DNA of 64,000 bases from Burkholderiales bacterium (GTDB lineage Bacteria; Pseudomonadota; Gammaproteobacteria; Burkholderiales; Casimicrobiaceae). Numbering within the stretch: position 1 is the stretch's first letter; each line of letters opens with the position of its first letter. The DNA lies in NCBI GenBank assembly GCA_031277215.1, contig JAITMR010000073.1, positions 10,502-74,501 on the forward strand, given 5' to 3'. The notes under the pieces are model-generated. The model ran no database searches, was not told the origin of the DNA, and saw only the letters and a list, made by a program, of their open reading frames with translations. Below are positions 1 to 11,162 of this stretch, in pieces. Both the position numbers and the translations under genes were made by a program.

Positions 1-173
1 CCATCACCGGTTATATCGAACCGGCGCTTGCCCAAGCCGCGCCCGAAACACGCTTTCAGTTCGAGCGACAAGGTTACTTTGTTGCCGACCTGACAGACCA
101 CACAAAAGAAACGCCGGTGTTTAACCGCACCGTGACATTGAAAGATTCCTGGAGCGCAGGGAACAGAGATTAA
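1..173 (+). CDS. glnS: glutaminyl-tRNA synthetase, C-terminal fragment (5' part outside window)
   Basis: The frame is open from the window edge (phase starting at nt 3) and ends at TAA 171-173. The translation ...[15 protein letters not shown]...[13 protein letters not shown] matches the conserved C-terminal end of GlnRS. Confidence 0.65.
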   Translation, partial: ITGYIEPALAQAAPETRFQFERQGYFVADLTDHTKETPVFNRTVTLKDSWSAGNRD

Positions 174-324
174 GAATCAAAGGTCAGAGCGTAGGCTGGG
201 TTAAGCGAAGAACCATAGTTGAGGAAACTGGGTAGCACATAGCGAAACCCAGCACACCAGGAATCAGAGGTCAGGGATCAGGATCAACCCGCCCCTCCCT
301 CGCCCGCTTGCGGGAGAAGGGAGG

Positions 325-361
325 CACGCGGGAATGACGGTGCTTCGTGCCATTTTCTACT
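325..361. repeat. inverted partial copy of the repeat unit found at 49378-49414
   Basis: The reverse complement of gcacgcgggaatgacggtgcttcgtgccattttctac equals gtagaaaatggYacgaagcaccgtcattcccgcgtgc at 49378-49414. There is 1 mismatch in 37 nt. Confidence 0.8.
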
Positions 362-391
362 TCTCTCGCAAATGCCACAATCTGATCCCCT

Positions 392-2284
392 TTATGGGTG
401 CCCGCTGTGGTAAAGCGCAACAACTTTTTTGCGCAAGTCTCCTAATTCAAAAACTTCCGGCGCGATGGCCGATCCGGCTTGCACGGTGATTTTCGAAAAA
501 ATACCGCGCAGTTTACGCATGGCGCGGCCTTTGTGCGAGCGCGAGAAAAAACTCCCCCATAATCCGTGCAACGCCATCGGCACAACAGGTACTGGAGTTT
601 CCCGCACCATACGGGAAATGCCGGGAGAAAATTTCCCGATTTCGCCGTCTGGCGTCAGCCGACCCTCCGGAAAGATGCCGATGATTTCACCATTGCGCAA
701 CGCTTGCGCGGCAAGTGCAAAGGCTTGCTCTTTGAGCGCTGCGCTGTCTTTGCGCGTTGCAACAGGAATCGTCCGGTTCATCTTGAACAACCAATGCAGC
801 ACCGGCGTTTTGTAGATCTGATGGTCGATAAAAAAACGAACCGGTCGGCGCACGGTTCCAATCAGAACCACCGAATCAACGTAGCTGACGTGGTTGCACG
901 CCAAAATGCAAGCGCCGGTTTCCGGAATGTTTTCCAACCCTTTGGCGCGAACGCGATAGAAAGTATGGGTCAGCAACCAACCAACACAACGCAAGACTTG
1001 TTGCGGCGCGGCGCAAAAAGCGGCAACCGCCACAAGCGCGGTTAACGCTGCTGTCACCATGAAAAGCTGCGGAATCGTCACGTTCAGCGCGAACAAGCCA
1101 ATGGCGGTCAGCGACGCCAACACCATCAGAAGCGCATTCAGGATGTTGTTGGCCGCGATGATGCGCGAGCGCCGCTCAGGGTCGGCGCGGATTTGGATCA
1201 GTACGTAAAGCGGCACAGTGTACAGCCCGCCGCAAACGCCCATCATGACCAGATCGAAAGTGATACGCCAATGCACGGGGTTCTCAAAATACACCGCGAT
1301 GCCACTCTGCGTTTCGGCATACAGTGGCCGCGACGCAAAACCGACATCGAAAGCGAAAAACGCTAACCCCACAGCTCCGATGAAGACCAGCGCCGGTTCA
1401 ACCCGGCCTCTGGACAGTTTTTCGCACATCAACGCACCGATACCCAACCCGACCGAAAAAAACGCTAGAAGCATCGTGGCAACATGCTCGTTGCCGCCGA
1501 GGATTTCTTTGGTGAAGTTGGGAAACTGCGAAAGGAAAATCACGCCGTAAAACCAAAACCATGAAATGCCCAGCATGCTCAACCAGACCACGCGCGTTTT
1601 CTGCGCGGCGCGGATGTTGCGCCAGGTTTCGGTGATCGGATTCCAGTTGATGCGCAAATCCGGCGCGGCTGCCGGTGTCAACGGAATGCCACGGCTCATC
1701 AAATAACCGGCCACTGCAATCAGGATGCAGGCTATTCCGGAAGCCATCGCCCCGTGCGTTTCGATGGCGATCAATAGACCGCCCGCAATCGTTCCCAGAA
1801 GAATTGCCACAAAGGTTGCGCTCTCGACAAGGCCGTTGCCGCCGACCAGTTCTTCTTCGCGCAAATGCTGCGGCAGAATCGCATATTTGACCGGGCCGAA
1901 CAGCGCCGATTGCAGTCCCATCAGAAACAACACGGCAAACAGGATCGTCACACTGCCCAACCAGAAGCCGACAGCACCGATCGCCATGATGGCGATTTCC
2001 AGCAACTTCAAAAGGCGAATCAGTCGCGATTTTTCAAACTTGTCGGCGACCTGTCCGGCGGTTGCCGAAAACAACAAGAACGGCAAAATGAACAATCCCG
2101 CTGCCAGATTGACCAGCATCAGCCCCGACAACCCGCCAACGCTGCCGATGTGGTAAACAATGAACAGCGCCATCGCGTTCCTGAAAACGTTATCATTTCC
2201 GGCGCCCAGAAACTGGGTGCAAAAAAAGGGCGCAAACCGACGTTCACGCAACAACCGGAATTGATGAGGAGATGGCGTACTCAC
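392..2284 (-). CDS. fused MFS lysophospholipid transporter (LplT-like) / acyltransferase (PlsC/Aas-like)
   Basis: 630-aa ORF. The N-terminal ~400 aa are multi-TM and MFS-like. The C-terminal part carries the acyltransferase HX4D motif (CNHVSYVDS) and FPEGR. Confidence 0.8.
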   Translation of the reverse strand: MSTPSPHQFRLLRERRFAPFFCTQFLGAGNDNVFRNAMALFIVYHIGSVGGLSGLMLVNLAAGLFILPFLLFSATAGQVADKFEKSRLIRLLKLLEIAIMAIGAVGFWLGSVTILFAVLFLMGLQSALFGPVKYAILPQHLREEELVGGNGLVESATFVAILLGTIAGGLLIAIETHGAMASGIACILIAVAGYLMSRGIPLTPAAAPDLRINWNPITETWRNIRAAQKTRVVWLSMLGISWFWFYGVIFLSQFPNFTKEILGGNEHVATMLLAFFSVGLGIGALMCEKLSRGRVEPALVFIGAVGLAFFAFDVGFASRPLYAETQSGIAVYFENPVHWRITFDLVMMGVCGGLYTVPLYVLIQIRADPERRSRIIAANNILNALLMVLASLTAIGLFALNVTIPQLFMVTAALTALVAVAAFCAAPQQVLRCVGWLLTHTFYRVRAKGLENIPETGACILACNHVSYVDSVVLIGTVRRPVRFFIDHQIYKTPVLHWLFKMNRTIPVATRKDSAALKEQAFALAAQALRNGEIIGIFPEGRLTPDGEIGKFSPGISRMVRETPVPVVPMALHGLWGSFFSRSHKGRAMRKLRGIFSKITVQAGSAIAPEVFELGDLRKKVVALYHSGHP

Positions 2285-2367
2285 AATGAACTAAAAAAAT
2301 GCGATGTTTCGCATAATGAGAGCTTGGCGCCGATGCGTCAAGCGTTATTGAGACGTGCCGCTTCCCC

Positions 2368-2480
2368 AAGGACGCTCTGAATAAACCATTCCGTCATTCT
2401 GCGCGTAGCGTAGCGAAGTCGCAGAATGACACGCGCAGGATGACGAACAGTGAATGGGAAATTATTCAGCGCTCCCCTAA
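2368..2480. repeat. MITE-like ~115-bp element, copy 1 (imperfect terminal inverted repeats CTCTGAATAA / TTATTCAGCG)
   Basis: It aligns along its whole length with 37689-37809. It has an internal hairpin tcattctgcg...cgcagaatga and lies 65 bp upstream of thyA. Confidence 0.8.
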
Positions 2481-2544
2481 CATACGCAATAGTTGCGTAC
2501 AATAGTATTTTCCGCGCTACGCTTGGCACACGCTTGGAATTTTC

Positions 2545-3339
2545 ATGAAGGCATATCTTGATGTATTGCGCCGCGTGCGCGAAACCGGCATCCCGAAAGA
2601 CGACCGCACCGGCACCGGTACGGTGTCGTTGTTCGCCCAGCAAATGCGCTTCGATCTGTCTGTCGGTTTCCCGCTGGTGACCACGAAGAAAGTTCACCTG
2701 AAGTCGATCATTTATGAATTGCTGTGGTTTCTGCGCGGCGAGCACAACGTGCGCTGGCTACAGCAGCACGGCGTCACCATCTGGGATGAATGGGCTGACG
2801 ACAACGGCGATCTCGGCCCCGTCTATGGCGCACAGTGGCGCGGCTGGCAAACCGCCGACGGCAAGCGCATCGACCAAATGGCGCAATTGATCGAGACGAT
2901 TCGCCAAAATCCCGATTCACGACGGTTAATCGTATCGGCCTGGAACGTCGGCGAAATCGACGCCATGCGCCTGCCGCCTTGCCATGCGTTTTTTCAGTTT
3001 TACGTTGCAGCAGGGAAGCTGTCCTGCCAGCTCTATCAGCGCAGCGCCGATTTGTTTCTGGGCGTGCCTTTCAACATCGCCTCTTACGCGCTGCTCACGC
3101 ATATGGTCGCGCAGCAAACCGATCTGGACGTCGGCGAATTCATCTGGACTGGTGGCGATTGCCATTTGTACCGTAACCATTTTGCGCAGGCCGACGAACA
3201 ACTGGCGCGTTCTCCGCTCCTGTTACCAACACTTCAGATCAAGTCTCGACCGCCTACCTTGTTTGACTACACATTTGAAGACTTCGAGATCGTCAATTAC
3301 CAGAGCCATCCGCCGATCAAAGCGCCGGTCGCGGTATAA
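2545..3339 (+). CDS. thyA: thymidylate synthase
   Basis: 264 aa. N-terminus [11 protein letters not shown]...DRTGTGT; also [11 protein letters not shown] and [16 protein letters not shown], which are ThyA signatures. Confidence 0.95.
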   Translation: MKAYLDVLRRVRETGIPKDDRTGTGTVSLFAQQMRFDLSVGFPLVTTKKVHLKSIIYELLWFLRGEHNVRWLQQHGVTIWDEWADDNGDLGPVYGAQWRGWQTADGKRIDQMAQLIETIRQNPDSRRLIVSAWNVGEIDAMRLPPCHAFFQFYVAAGKLSCQLYQRSADLFLGVPFNIASYALLTHMVAQQTDLDVGEFIWTGGDCHLYRNHFAQADEQLARSPLLLPTLQIKSRPPTLFDYTFEDFEIVNYQSHPPIKAPVAV

Positions 3340-3364
3340 AGCACGTTCGGTTGTTCGTCAATGT

Positions 3365-4447
3365 TTAAACAATAACGCCGCCGCCGAGGCAAACATCGCC
3401 CTCGTAGAACACGCAGTATTGACCCGGCGTCGGCGTCCATTGCGGTGTGTCGAAACGCACTGTGAGCGTATCGTTGTCGCGCCATTCAAGTCGGCACGGC
3501 GCATCGGGCATTCGGTAGCGCAATTTGGCGCCGTAAGTGAGCGCGGTGTCAGGCGGGGTTCCGGCAATCCAGTGAAGTTGTTGCACGGTGACGGTATCGT
3601 TGTAAAGCCGTGGATGGTTGTGTCCTTGCACGACGATCAGTTCGTTTTCTTTCAAGCGTTTTCCTGCGACAAACCACGGTGTGCCATCGCCGTCGCGGGT
3701 TCCGCCGATGCCCAGTCCTTGTCGTTGTCCAAGCGTGTAATACGCCAGTCCTTGATGTTCACCAACGACGGTTCCTTCCGGCGTGACCATTCGACCCGGT
3801 GTGCGCGGCAAGTAACGCTCAAGAAATTCGCGGAAAGGGCGTTCACCGATGAAACAAATTCCGGTGGAGTCTTTCTTTTGCCAGGTCGAAAAACCTTCGC
3901 GTTGCGCGATGGCGCGGACTTCGCTTTTGAGCAGATCGCCGAGCGGAAAACACGCGGGCTGCAATTGCGTTTGGTGCAATTGGTGAAGAAAGTAGCTTTG
4001 ATCTTTGCTGGTGTCACGCGCTTTGAGCAAAACGGCGTGGCCGTCTTCTCCGCGCATCACCCGTGCGTAGTGCCCCGTGGCGATGGTGTCGGCGCCAAGC
4101 GTCATCGCATGATCGAGAAACGCACGGAATTTGATTTCGCTGTTGCACAAAACGTCTGGATTCGGCGTGCGCCCGGCCTCATATTCGCGCAGGAAATAAG
4201 CGAAAACGCGCTCGCGGTATTCAGCGGCAAAATTGACGGCATCAAATTCAATGCCGATCACGTCGGCAACGCTGGCCGCGTCGATCAAATCCTGGCGCGA
4301 GGTGCAGTACGTATCGGTATCATCGTCTTCCCAGTTTTTCATGAAAACGCCGATCACATCGTGGCCTTGTTGCTTCAACAACCAGGCGGCGACTGAGGAA
4401 TCAACCCCACCGGACAATCCGACGACAATGCGTTGACGTGAACTCAT
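3365..4447 (-). CDS. mnmA: tRNA 2-thiouridine(34) synthase
   Basis: The PP-loop [10 protein letters not shown] is present and the length is MnmA-like. The start was chosen at [18 protein letters not shown] (ATG 4447), which overlaps the hda stop as ATGA. The track ORF extends to 4492. Confidence 0.9.
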   Translation of the reverse strand: MSSRQRIVVGLSGGVDSSVAAWLLKQQGHDVIGVFMKNWEDDDTDTYCTSRQDLIDAASVADVIGIEFDAVNFAAEYRERVFAYFLREYEAGRTPNPDVLCNSEIKFRAFLDHAMTLGADTIATGHYARVMRGEDGHAVLLKARDTSKDQSYFLHQLHQTQLQPACFPLGDLLKSEVRAIAQREGFSTWQKKDSTGICFIGERPFREFLERYLPRTPGRMVTPEGTVVGEHQGLAYYTLGQRQGLGIGGTRDGDGTPWFVAGKRLKENELIVVQGHNHPRLYNDTVTVQQLHWIAGTPPDTALTYGAKLRYRMPDAPCRLEWRDNDTLTVRFDTPQWTPTPGQYCVFYEGDVCLGGGVIV

Positions 4448-5163
4448 GATTGTGTTTCTCCGTAGCGGGTCATCGTTTGTTGTTGCAACCACTCACGCAC
4501 CAGCGGAAGCGTGAGAGGGCGTTTCAGCGACAACGAATAATGATCAAGCGCATCGAGCACAGCCAGGAGTGAGCGCATATCGCGGCGGCTGTGCTTGAGA
4601 AGATAAACAACGATTTCGGGAGGCAGGCGCAAACCGCGTGCGTTGGCGTGCGCGATCAGGGCTTGCGGTTTGTCTTCGTCGCGCAGCGTTGCGATTTCAT
4701 AAATGCCACCCCAACCCAGGCGCGTTCGCAAATCTTCGCGCAGCGTCAACCGCGCCGGAGGAACAGAGGCGCTGACCAGAAGGCCACCGCCGTTTTCTTT
4801 CAGTGCGTTGTACAGTGTGAAAAGATAACCCTGAAAATCATCATTGGCGTTATCGACATCATCGGCGATCCACAATGCGGGCGGCGTTGATAATTCCGGT
4901 AACGGCGGGAACGCATTGTTTTTGATGAGCGTATATATGGAAAAACCGGATGCCGATGCCAGCGCACGCGCCGCTTGCAGCAGATGTGTTTTGCCCGCGC
5001 CCGGTGCGCCCCAGAGGAACAGGCTGGTGTGTGGCAACGCATGACCCGAAAGGGCTTTGATGAAAGCGTTTACCGCAGCAAGCGCTTCATCGTTGCGACC
5101 GACGACGAAATTGTCGAACGACGGCGGCGCTGCCGGATACAGATCAAAAATCAGTTGTTGCAT
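4444..5163 (-). CDS. hda: DnaA regulatory inactivator Hda
   Basis: 239 aa counted from MQQLIFDL. It has the Walker A motif [11 protein letters not shown] and is a DnaA-like AAA+ protein without a DNA-binding domain. The upstream part of the track ORF (to 5436) overlaps the next gene and looks spurious. Confidence 0.85.
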   Translation of the reverse strand: MQQLIFDLYPAAPPSFDNFVVGRNDEALAAVNAFIKALSGHALPHTSLFLWGAPGAGKTHLLQAARALASASGFSIYTLIKNNAFPPLPELSTPPALWIADDVDNANDDFQGYLFTLYNALKENGGGLLVSASVPPARLTLREDLRTRLGWGGIYEIATLRDEDKPQALIAHANARGLRLPPEIVVYLLKHSRRDMRSLLAVLDALDHYSLSLKRPLTLPLVREWLQQQTMTRYGETQS

Positions 5164-5173
5164 GGCAGAGTGT

Positions 5174-6385
5174 TCAATGCTTTTCCTGATACAGCGGACT
5201 TTGTTTGTAGGCAGTGCGCAAATGGCGCAGCGCCACCAGTATCGCTGCTGACATTGGCAACGCCAGCAACACGCCGACGAATCCGAAAAGTTGTCCGAAC
5301 GCCAGCAGCACGAAGATGACGGTGAGCGGATGCAAACCGATGCGGTCACCGACGAGGCGCGGCGTGAGAATGTAGCTTTCAAGCAGTTGGCCGACGCCAT
5401 AGACGGCCAACACAGCAACGAATGGCGGCCAGCCACTCCATTGCAACAACGCAGCGACGACTGCCAGCGTCAGCCCGATACCAAAGCCAACGTAAGGAAC
5501 AAACACCAGCAATCCGGTCAAAAGACCGATCGGCAATGCGAATTCGAGACCGACAACCCATAGCGCAGTGACGTAATAAACGCAAAGCACCAGCATCACC
5601 AAAAACTGACCGCGAACGAATTCGGCGAGTACCGCATCAATTTGACCGGCGATCTCGGTAGTTTTACCGTGCCAACGGCGCGGCACCAAATCGTCGATAC
5701 CGCGCAGAAGGACGTTCCAGTCGCGCAAAAGGTAGAACATCACGACCGGAATCAGCACGATATTGATGATGATCGACAGCAACACCTGACCTCCGCTCTT
5801 GACGCCGGTGAGAATGTGCAACGAAACGGCTTGCGCACTGTCGAGATTTTCGGCAAGCAGCGTGCGCAATGCGTTCATGTCGAGCGACAACGTGATACCG
5901 AGCCATGATTCGATGGTTGGCAAAAGCGTTGCAGAGAAGTGATCAAAGAGTTCGGGAACACGTTTTGCAATCACCGCCCCTTCCGAACGGATCAATGGGA
6001 TCAACACGAGCAGCAGGACGGAGAGTGCCGTCAACAGCAACGCTATCACGGCAAGCGTTCCCAGCGTGCGCGACAGCCCTTTTTTCGACAACCATTCGAC
6101 CAGCGGAGAACCAAGATAGGCGAGAATCGCGGCGGCAAAGAAGGGCGTCAGAATCGTCCCCAAACCCTGCAACAGCAACACGAACACCACAACAGCGCCG
6201 ATTACCCAGACATAATGGTGCCAAGACAGCGGCACTATCGGACGCGCAGGCCGTTGCGGTGATGCTGATGACGCCGGAGCGACAGGCGCAGACGCGGCAG
6301 AGTGCGCGGGAGCAGGCGCGGGCGGCGAGGCGGGTGACGATGGCGGTTGCGGCGGCGGTTCTGAGGGCGGTAGCGGAGCGCTCAT
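5174..6385 (-). CDS. AI-2E family transporter (PerM/UPF0118)
   Basis: 403 aa, multi-TM, with a family-typical C-terminal half. The N-terminal ~50 aa form a Pro/Ala/Ser-rich low-complexity extension. Confidence 0.8.
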   Translation of the reverse strand: MSAPLPPSEPPPQPPSSPASPPAPAPAHSAASAPVAPASSASPQRPARPIVPLSWHHYVWVIGAVVVFVLLLQGLGTILTPFFAAAILAYLGSPLVEWLSKKGLSRTLGTLAVIALLLTALSVLLLVLIPLIRSEGAVIAKRVPELFDHFSATLLPTIESWLGITLSLDMNALRTLLAENLDSAQAVSLHILTGVKSGGQVLLSIIINIVLIPVVMFYLLRDWNVLLRGIDDLVPRRWHGKTTEIAGQIDAVLAEFVRGQFLVMLVLCVYYVTALWVVGLEFALPIGLLTGLLVFVPYVGFGIGLTLAVVAALLQWSGWPPFVAVLAVYGVGQLLESYILTPRLVGDRIGLHPLTVIFVLLAFGQLFGFVGVLLALPMSAAILVALRHLRTAYKQSPLYQEKH

Positions 6386-6489
6386 AAGAGGGGTTTTCCG
6401 TTAGAATTCAGCTTCAGGTTTAAAGTTTATCGCGGTCGGGCGCATTGCTCAAACCCGCATTGCCGAAACCCGCTTTTTGTGAGGATATC

Positions 6490-7557
6490 ATGACCGCTTC
6501 TCCCGGGGATTGTTCCAACACGCCGCTGACGTACCGTGATGCCGGTGTCGATATCGACGCTGGCGATGCGTTGGTTGATCGAATCAAACCACTGGCGCGA
6601 CGAACGCTGCGCCCAGAGGTGTTAAACGGCATCGGCGGGTTTGGCGCATTGATCGGTCTGGGTGGCCGTTATCGTGAACCGGTGTTGGTGGCCGGAACCG
6701 ACGGCGTTGGAACCAAACTGAAACTGGCGTTTGAGCTTGACCGCCACGACACGATCGGCATCGACCTTGTGGCGATGTGCGTCAACGATATTTTGGTGCA
6801 AGGCGCTGAACCGCTCTTCTTCCTCGATTATTTTTCATGCGGCAAGCTGGATGTTGATCGCGCTGCGCGTGTTGTGCAAGGCATTGCCGCCGGTTGCGAG
6901 AGCGCGGGTTGTGCGTTGGTCGGTGGCGAAACGGCGGAGATGCCGGGCATGTACGCTGATGGTGAATACGATCTGGCGGGTTTTGCAGTCGGTGTTGTCG
7001 AGCGAGACGCCATCATCGACGGCAGCACGATCCGGGCAGGTGATGTCGTGCTCGGGCTGGCGTCAAGCGGGCCGCATTCAAACGGCTATTCGTTGATCCG
7101 GAAAATCATTGCGCGTAGCGGCGTCGATCTTCAAACGGAGCGTTGCGGTGACGGCACATTGGCCGACGCGCTGATGATGCCGACCCGGATTTATGTCAAG
7201 CCGCTGCTGGCATTGATGAAAACATTGCCGGTCAAAGGAATGGCACACATTACCGGCGGCGGATTGACTGAAAACATTCCGCGTGTGTTGCCGAAAACAT
7301 TGGGCGTGCGTTTGCAAAGAAATGCCTGGCAGCGGTTGCCGGTGTTTGACTGGTTGCAACAGCATGGCAGCGTTGCCGAAGAAGAAATGCACCGCGTTTT
7401 CAATGGTGGTATCGGGATGGTGGTGATTGTTGCCGCCGAACAAGCGGAAGCGGCCTTGGCATCGTTGCGTGCGCACGGAGAAACGGTGACGAAAATCGGT
7501 GACGTGATTGAGCGTGATGGTTCGGCGGTGATGATTGAACCTAAAAACCTCAGTTGA
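6490..7557 (+). CDS. purM: phosphoribosylformylglycinamidine cyclo-ligase
   Basis: [20 protein letters not shown] and GGETAEMPG are PurM signatures. ATG at 6490. Confidence 0.95.
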   Translation: MTASPGDCSNTPLTYRDAGVDIDAGDALVDRIKPLARRTLRPEVLNGIGGFGALIGLGGRYREPVLVAGTDGVGTKLKLAFELDRHDTIGIDLVAMCVNDILVQGAEPLFFLDYFSCGKLDVDRAARVVQGIAAGCESAGCALVGGETAEMPGMYADGEYDLAGFAVGVVERDAIIDGSTIRAGDVVLGLASSGPHSNGYSLIRKIIARSGVDLQTERCGDGTLADALMMPTRIYVKPLLALMKTLPVKGMAHITGGGLTENIPRVLPKTLGVRLQRNAWQRLPVFDWLQQHGSVAEEEMHRVFNGGIGMVVIVAAEQAEAALASLRAHGETVTKIGDVIERDGSAVMIEPKNLS

Positions 7558-7737
7558 CCGCCCGACAATCTATGGAAAACCGCATGGCAATTTGCTTTGG
7601 AGTCTTTTTTAACGCTCCCCCATTGGGAGAGAGCGCTACGCACCCGCCAGCACAACGCACGTCGCGCCTTGCCTGGCACACCGTGCGCAGCACTGACGAG
7701 TACGTCCAACTGAGGTTTTCAGGTTGAAGGTTAAGCG

Positions 7738-8409
7738 ATGCGTGATACCAAAAAAATCAGCGTTCTGATTTCAGGAAGAGGATCGAATCTGGTGGCGTTG
7801 CTCGACGCCATCGACGCCGGTCGAATTCAGGGGCGCGTGGTGCGTGTGTTAAGCCAACGTGCGGATGCCGCCGGTTTGCAGCATGCCGAAAAGCGCGGCA
7901 TTCCAACGACTGTGGTCGATGTCAAAGCGTATCCGACGCGAGAGGCGTTCGATGCGGCACTCGGCGATGCCATTGCGGCGGATGCGCCGGACTTGGTGGT
8001 GCTTGCCGGTTTCATGCGTGTGCTTGGTGCTGCGCTGGTGCAGCGTTTCGCCGGACGCATGTTCAACATTCATCCTGCGTTGTTGCCGTCGTATCCGGGG
8101 CTGCACACACATCAGCGGGCGTTGGCGGACGGTGTGAAATGGCACGGCTGCACCGTGCATTTTGTCACGCCTGAAGTCGATGTCGGCCCCATCGTGGGAC
8201 AAAGCGTTGTTCCGGTGTTGCCTGGCGATGATGAGGCAACATTGGCAGCGCGTGTGCTCGATGCGGAACACCGCTTGCTGGAAGATGCGGTGCGCTGGTT
8301 TTGCGAGGATCGCTTGAGCGTTGACGGCCACACCGTGACACTGCGCGATGCTGCGAATCCTCCCGCGTCTTGCCAGCATCCGCAGGATCAGGGATCAGAA
8401 ACACATTGA
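7738..8409 (+). CDS. purN: phosphoribosylglycinamide formyltransferase
   Basis: ISVLISGRGSNL, NIHPALLP and GCTVHFV are PurN motifs. The last ~8 codons are read from a GATCAG heptamer repeat. Confidence 0.9.
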   Translation: MRDTKKISVLISGRGSNLVALLDAIDAGRIQGRVVRVLSQRADAAGLQHAEKRGIPTTVVDVKAYPTREAFDAALGDAIAADAPDLVVLAGFMRVLGAALVQRFAGRMFNIHPALLPSYPGLHTHQRALADGVKWHGCTVHFVTPEVDVGPIVGQSVVPVLPGDDEATLAARVLDAEHRLLEDAVRWFCEDRLSVDGHTVTLRDAANPPASCQHPQDQGSETH

Positions 8410-8508
8410 ACCACAAAGTATGCAAAGAATATCTCACGCGAAAACGCGAAGAAGAACAAACCCTCCCCTCGTGGGAGAGTGGACAATCCCTTTCCTGAAC
8501 CCTGTGAT

Positions 8509-9807
8509 ATGAGCAAGCGGGAACAGAGCGCCTTGGAATGGCGCCATTACCATATTCAGGCGTTGGCGGAGGCCATTCGTCGCGCTGACACACTGTGTTA
8601 TCCGGCAGACAGCGTGCTGCGCCAATTTTTTCGTGAGCACGCATCGCTGGGACAGCGTGACCGCGCTTTTGTTGCGGAAGGCGTGTTCGCGTATTTGCGC
8701 CGTCGCCGTTCGCTGAAAGCCTTGACACAAACAACAAAGCCGCGACGGTTGGCGTTGGCGGTGCTGGTGCGTGAGTTGAATGATGCGCCGAAAGGAACAA
8801 GAGCGCTGGCCGACGCCGCTGATCGTGAATGGCTGATTGATTTTGAATCGCACTGGAAAGCGTCGGAAGCGTTGCTCTCCGACATTGACAACGCCGACGT
8901 GCCCGATGAATTGTGGACGCGGTTGGGCAGCGATTACGACGACGCAACCCGCTCACAACTGACGCAAGCATGGATGCAATCTGCACAATTTGACTTGCGT
9001 GTCAATGTGATGAAAACAACACGCGACGAAGCGCTGACTGCATTGCGTGCTGAAGGACGACAAGCCGAGCCGACGCCGTATTCGCCGCTCGGCATCCGCG
9101 TGTATGGCCGCCCCATGCTGGCGCGTCATCCCTGGCTTGTCGAAGGCAAACTCGAAGTGCAAAGCGAAAGCAGTCAGTTGATTGGCTATGTGGTCGCGCC
9201 GCGCCGTGGTGAAATGGTGGCCGACTTTTGCGCGGGCGCGGGCGGAAAAACATTGCTGCTGGGCATGTTGATGCGTTCGCAAGGGCGCTTGTACGCATTC
9301 GATGTCTCAGACAAGCGCTTGCAAAAGCTGACGCCGCGATTGGCGCGTTCCGGTTTATCAAATGTGCATCCGCAACGAATCAATAGCGAGCGTGACGCCA
9401 AACTCAAACGGCTGGCCGGAAAAATGGATCGGGTGCTGGTGGATGCGCCGTGTACCGGAACCGGGACCTTGCAACGCAACCCCGATTTGAAATGGCGCTA
9501 CAGCGAAGCGGGACTGATGGAATTAAACGCCAAACAAACAGCCATCCTGACGGCAGCATCGCGGTTGGTCAAACCGGGCGGGCGTTTGGTGTACGCAACA
9601 TGCAGCGTGTTGTCGGCTGAGAACGAAGCCATCGTGGCGCAGTTTCTGGAAACGCATCCTGAATTTTCATTGCAATCGGCAGCGGAAACATTGGCACGTT
9701 CGCAAGCGCCACTCGATACCGGCGAGACCCTCAAGTTGCTTCCGCATCAACACCATACCGACGGATTCTTTGCGGCAGTAATGAAGCGCTCAAACGAAAA
9801 GGAATGA
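8509..9807 (+). CDS. RsmB/NOP2/Sun-family RNA m5C methyltransferase
   Basis: SAM-binding DFCAGAGGKT is present, with catalytic Cys motifs DAPCTGTG and YATCS. Start taken at ATG 8509; the track ORF begins at GTG 8479. Confidence 0.8.
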   Translation: MSKREQSALEWRHYHIQALAEAIRRADTLCYPADSVLRQFFREHASLGQRDRAFVAEGVFAYLRRRRSLKALTQTTKPRRLALAVLVRELNDAPKGTRALADAADREWLIDFESHWKASEALLSDIDNADVPDELWTRLGSDYDDATRSQLTQAWMQSAQFDLRVNVMKTTRDEALTALRAEGRQAEPTPYSPLGIRVYGRPMLARHPWLVEGKLEVQSESSQLIGYVVAPRRGEMVADFCAGAGGKTLLLGMLMRSQGRLYAFDVSDKRLQKLTPRLARSGLSNVHPQRINSERDAKLKRLAGKMDRVLVDAPCTGTGTLQRNPDLKWRYSEAGLMELNAKQTAILTAASRLVKPGGRLVYATCSVLSAENEAIVAQFLETHPEFSLQSAAETLARSQAPLDTGETLKLLPHQHHTDGFFAAVMKRSNEKE

Positions 9808-9850
9808 ATTCCTGTATTCTGTCGCCTGAACACGCTTGAGGATTTCCAAA

Positions 9851-11140
9851 ATGAACAGCATTGATTTTTCACGAATCCCGGAGATATTGTCCTCACCATT
9901 GGGTTGGCTGGATTTGGCGTTAACACTGATGAGTGTTGCCCTTGCTTACGGGCTGGCTCGATACTGGTACACAAAACAACAGGAAAAATGGCAGGCGCTG
10001 TCGAAGCAAACGTTTTCCGGCGGCATGATACGCATCATGTTTCCATTGTTGGCGCTGTTGTTCGTGTTATTGGTGCGCTCGGTTTTTAGTATCTACGAAA
10101 CGCCGGTTTTTCTCAACATCGCATTGCCGCTGATGTTGGCGTTGGTGGCGATTCGGATATTGGTTTACACGCTTCACACCATGTTCAGCCACACCGCCTG
10201 GTTGAAAATGTCGGAACACGCCGTTACGTTTGCCATCTGGGCTGTGGTGGTATTGCATTTTCTCGGCATCCTTCCGGAATTGAAAGTAGAACTCGACAGT
10301 ATCGTATTGCCGATCGGCAAGGGCGTGTCGCTGTGGACGCTGATTAAGGGTATTGTAGTGTTGATCCTGACGGTGTCGGCGACATTATGGCTGGCCGGAA
10401 TGATTGAACGCCGCCTGCTACCAAAAACACCGGAGCAGGAAGTCTCGTACAACGGTCGCTTGTTGCTGGCGCGTTTCCTGCGAACACTGCTGTTGGTTGT
10501 GGCGGTGTTATTTGTGTTGCAAAACATCGGCATCGACTTGACCGTATTTGCCGTGTTGGGAGGCGCGATTGGTGTCGGCATCGGCCTTGGATTGCAGAAA
10601 CTCGTCGCTAACTACATTGCCGGTTTTGCCGTGCTGTTTGAACACGCAATCAAGATCGGGGACATGATCACGGCTGATGGCCGTTTCGGTATCGTCCGCG
10701 AAGTGACCGCCCGCTATGTCGTCATCCGCAGTCTCGATGGCATTGACGCGATGATACCGAACGAAGCATTGCTGACGCAAACGGTGCTCAACCATTCGTC
10801 GAGTCAGCGTGAAGCACGCGCAACGGTATCGGTGCAGGTGGCCTATGGTACGGACTTGCGGTTAGCGCTACGACTGATGGAACAGGCGGCAATGGCTGAA
10901 CCGCGCGTTGCCGACGGAAAAAGAGCGCCGACAGCAACGGTTGTCGATTTCGGCGACAGCGGCATCAATCTGCTGCTGGGTTTTTGGGTTCGCGATCCGG
11001 AAAACGGACAGGGTACGCTAAAAAGCAACATCAGCCTGCGCCTCTGGGATCTTTTTACGCAACATGGTATCGAGATTCCGTTTCCACAACGCGAAGTGCG
11101 TTTGCTTAATGCGGCAACGGATGAGTCATCGCGGTCGTAG
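9851..11140 (+). CDS. mechanosensitive ion channel, MscS family
   Basis: Several N-terminal TM helices are followed by the MscS beta-domain motif IKIGDMITADGRFGIVREV...IRSLDG. ATG at 9851. Confidence 0.85.
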   Translation: MNSIDFSRIPEILSSPLGWLDLALTLMSVALAYGLARYWYTKQQEKWQALSKQTFSGGMIRIMFPLLALLFVLLVRSVFSIYETPVFLNIALPLMLALVAIRILVYTLHTMFSHTAWLKMSEHAVTFAIWAVVVLHFLGILPELKVELDSIVLPIGKGVSLWTLIKGIVVLILTVSATLWLAGMIERRLLPKTPEQEVSYNGRLLLARFLRTLLLVVAVLFVLQNIGIDLTVFAVLGGAIGVGIGLGLQKLVANYIAGFAVLFEHAIKIGDMITADGRFGIVREVTARYVVIRSLDGIDAMIPNEALLTQTVLNHSSSQREARATVSVQVAYGTDLRLALRLMEQAAMAEPRVADGKRAPTATVVDFGDSGINLLLGFWVRDPENGQGTLKSNISLRLWDLFTQHGIEIPFPQREVRLLNAATDESSRS

Positions 11141-11162
11141 CAGCGATAAACACCAACGCGCC

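Noticed and set aside
2984-4396. 470-aa ORF on the plus strand
   Set aside because: It spans the 3' end of thyA out of frame and the antisense of mnmA, so it is a shadow frame.
5164-5436. N-terminal 91-codon extension of the hda ORF in the track
   Set aside because: It overlaps the 3' end of the AI-2E transporter gene and is Cys/Trp/Arg-rich. The Hda homology begins at MQQLIFDL (ATG 5163).
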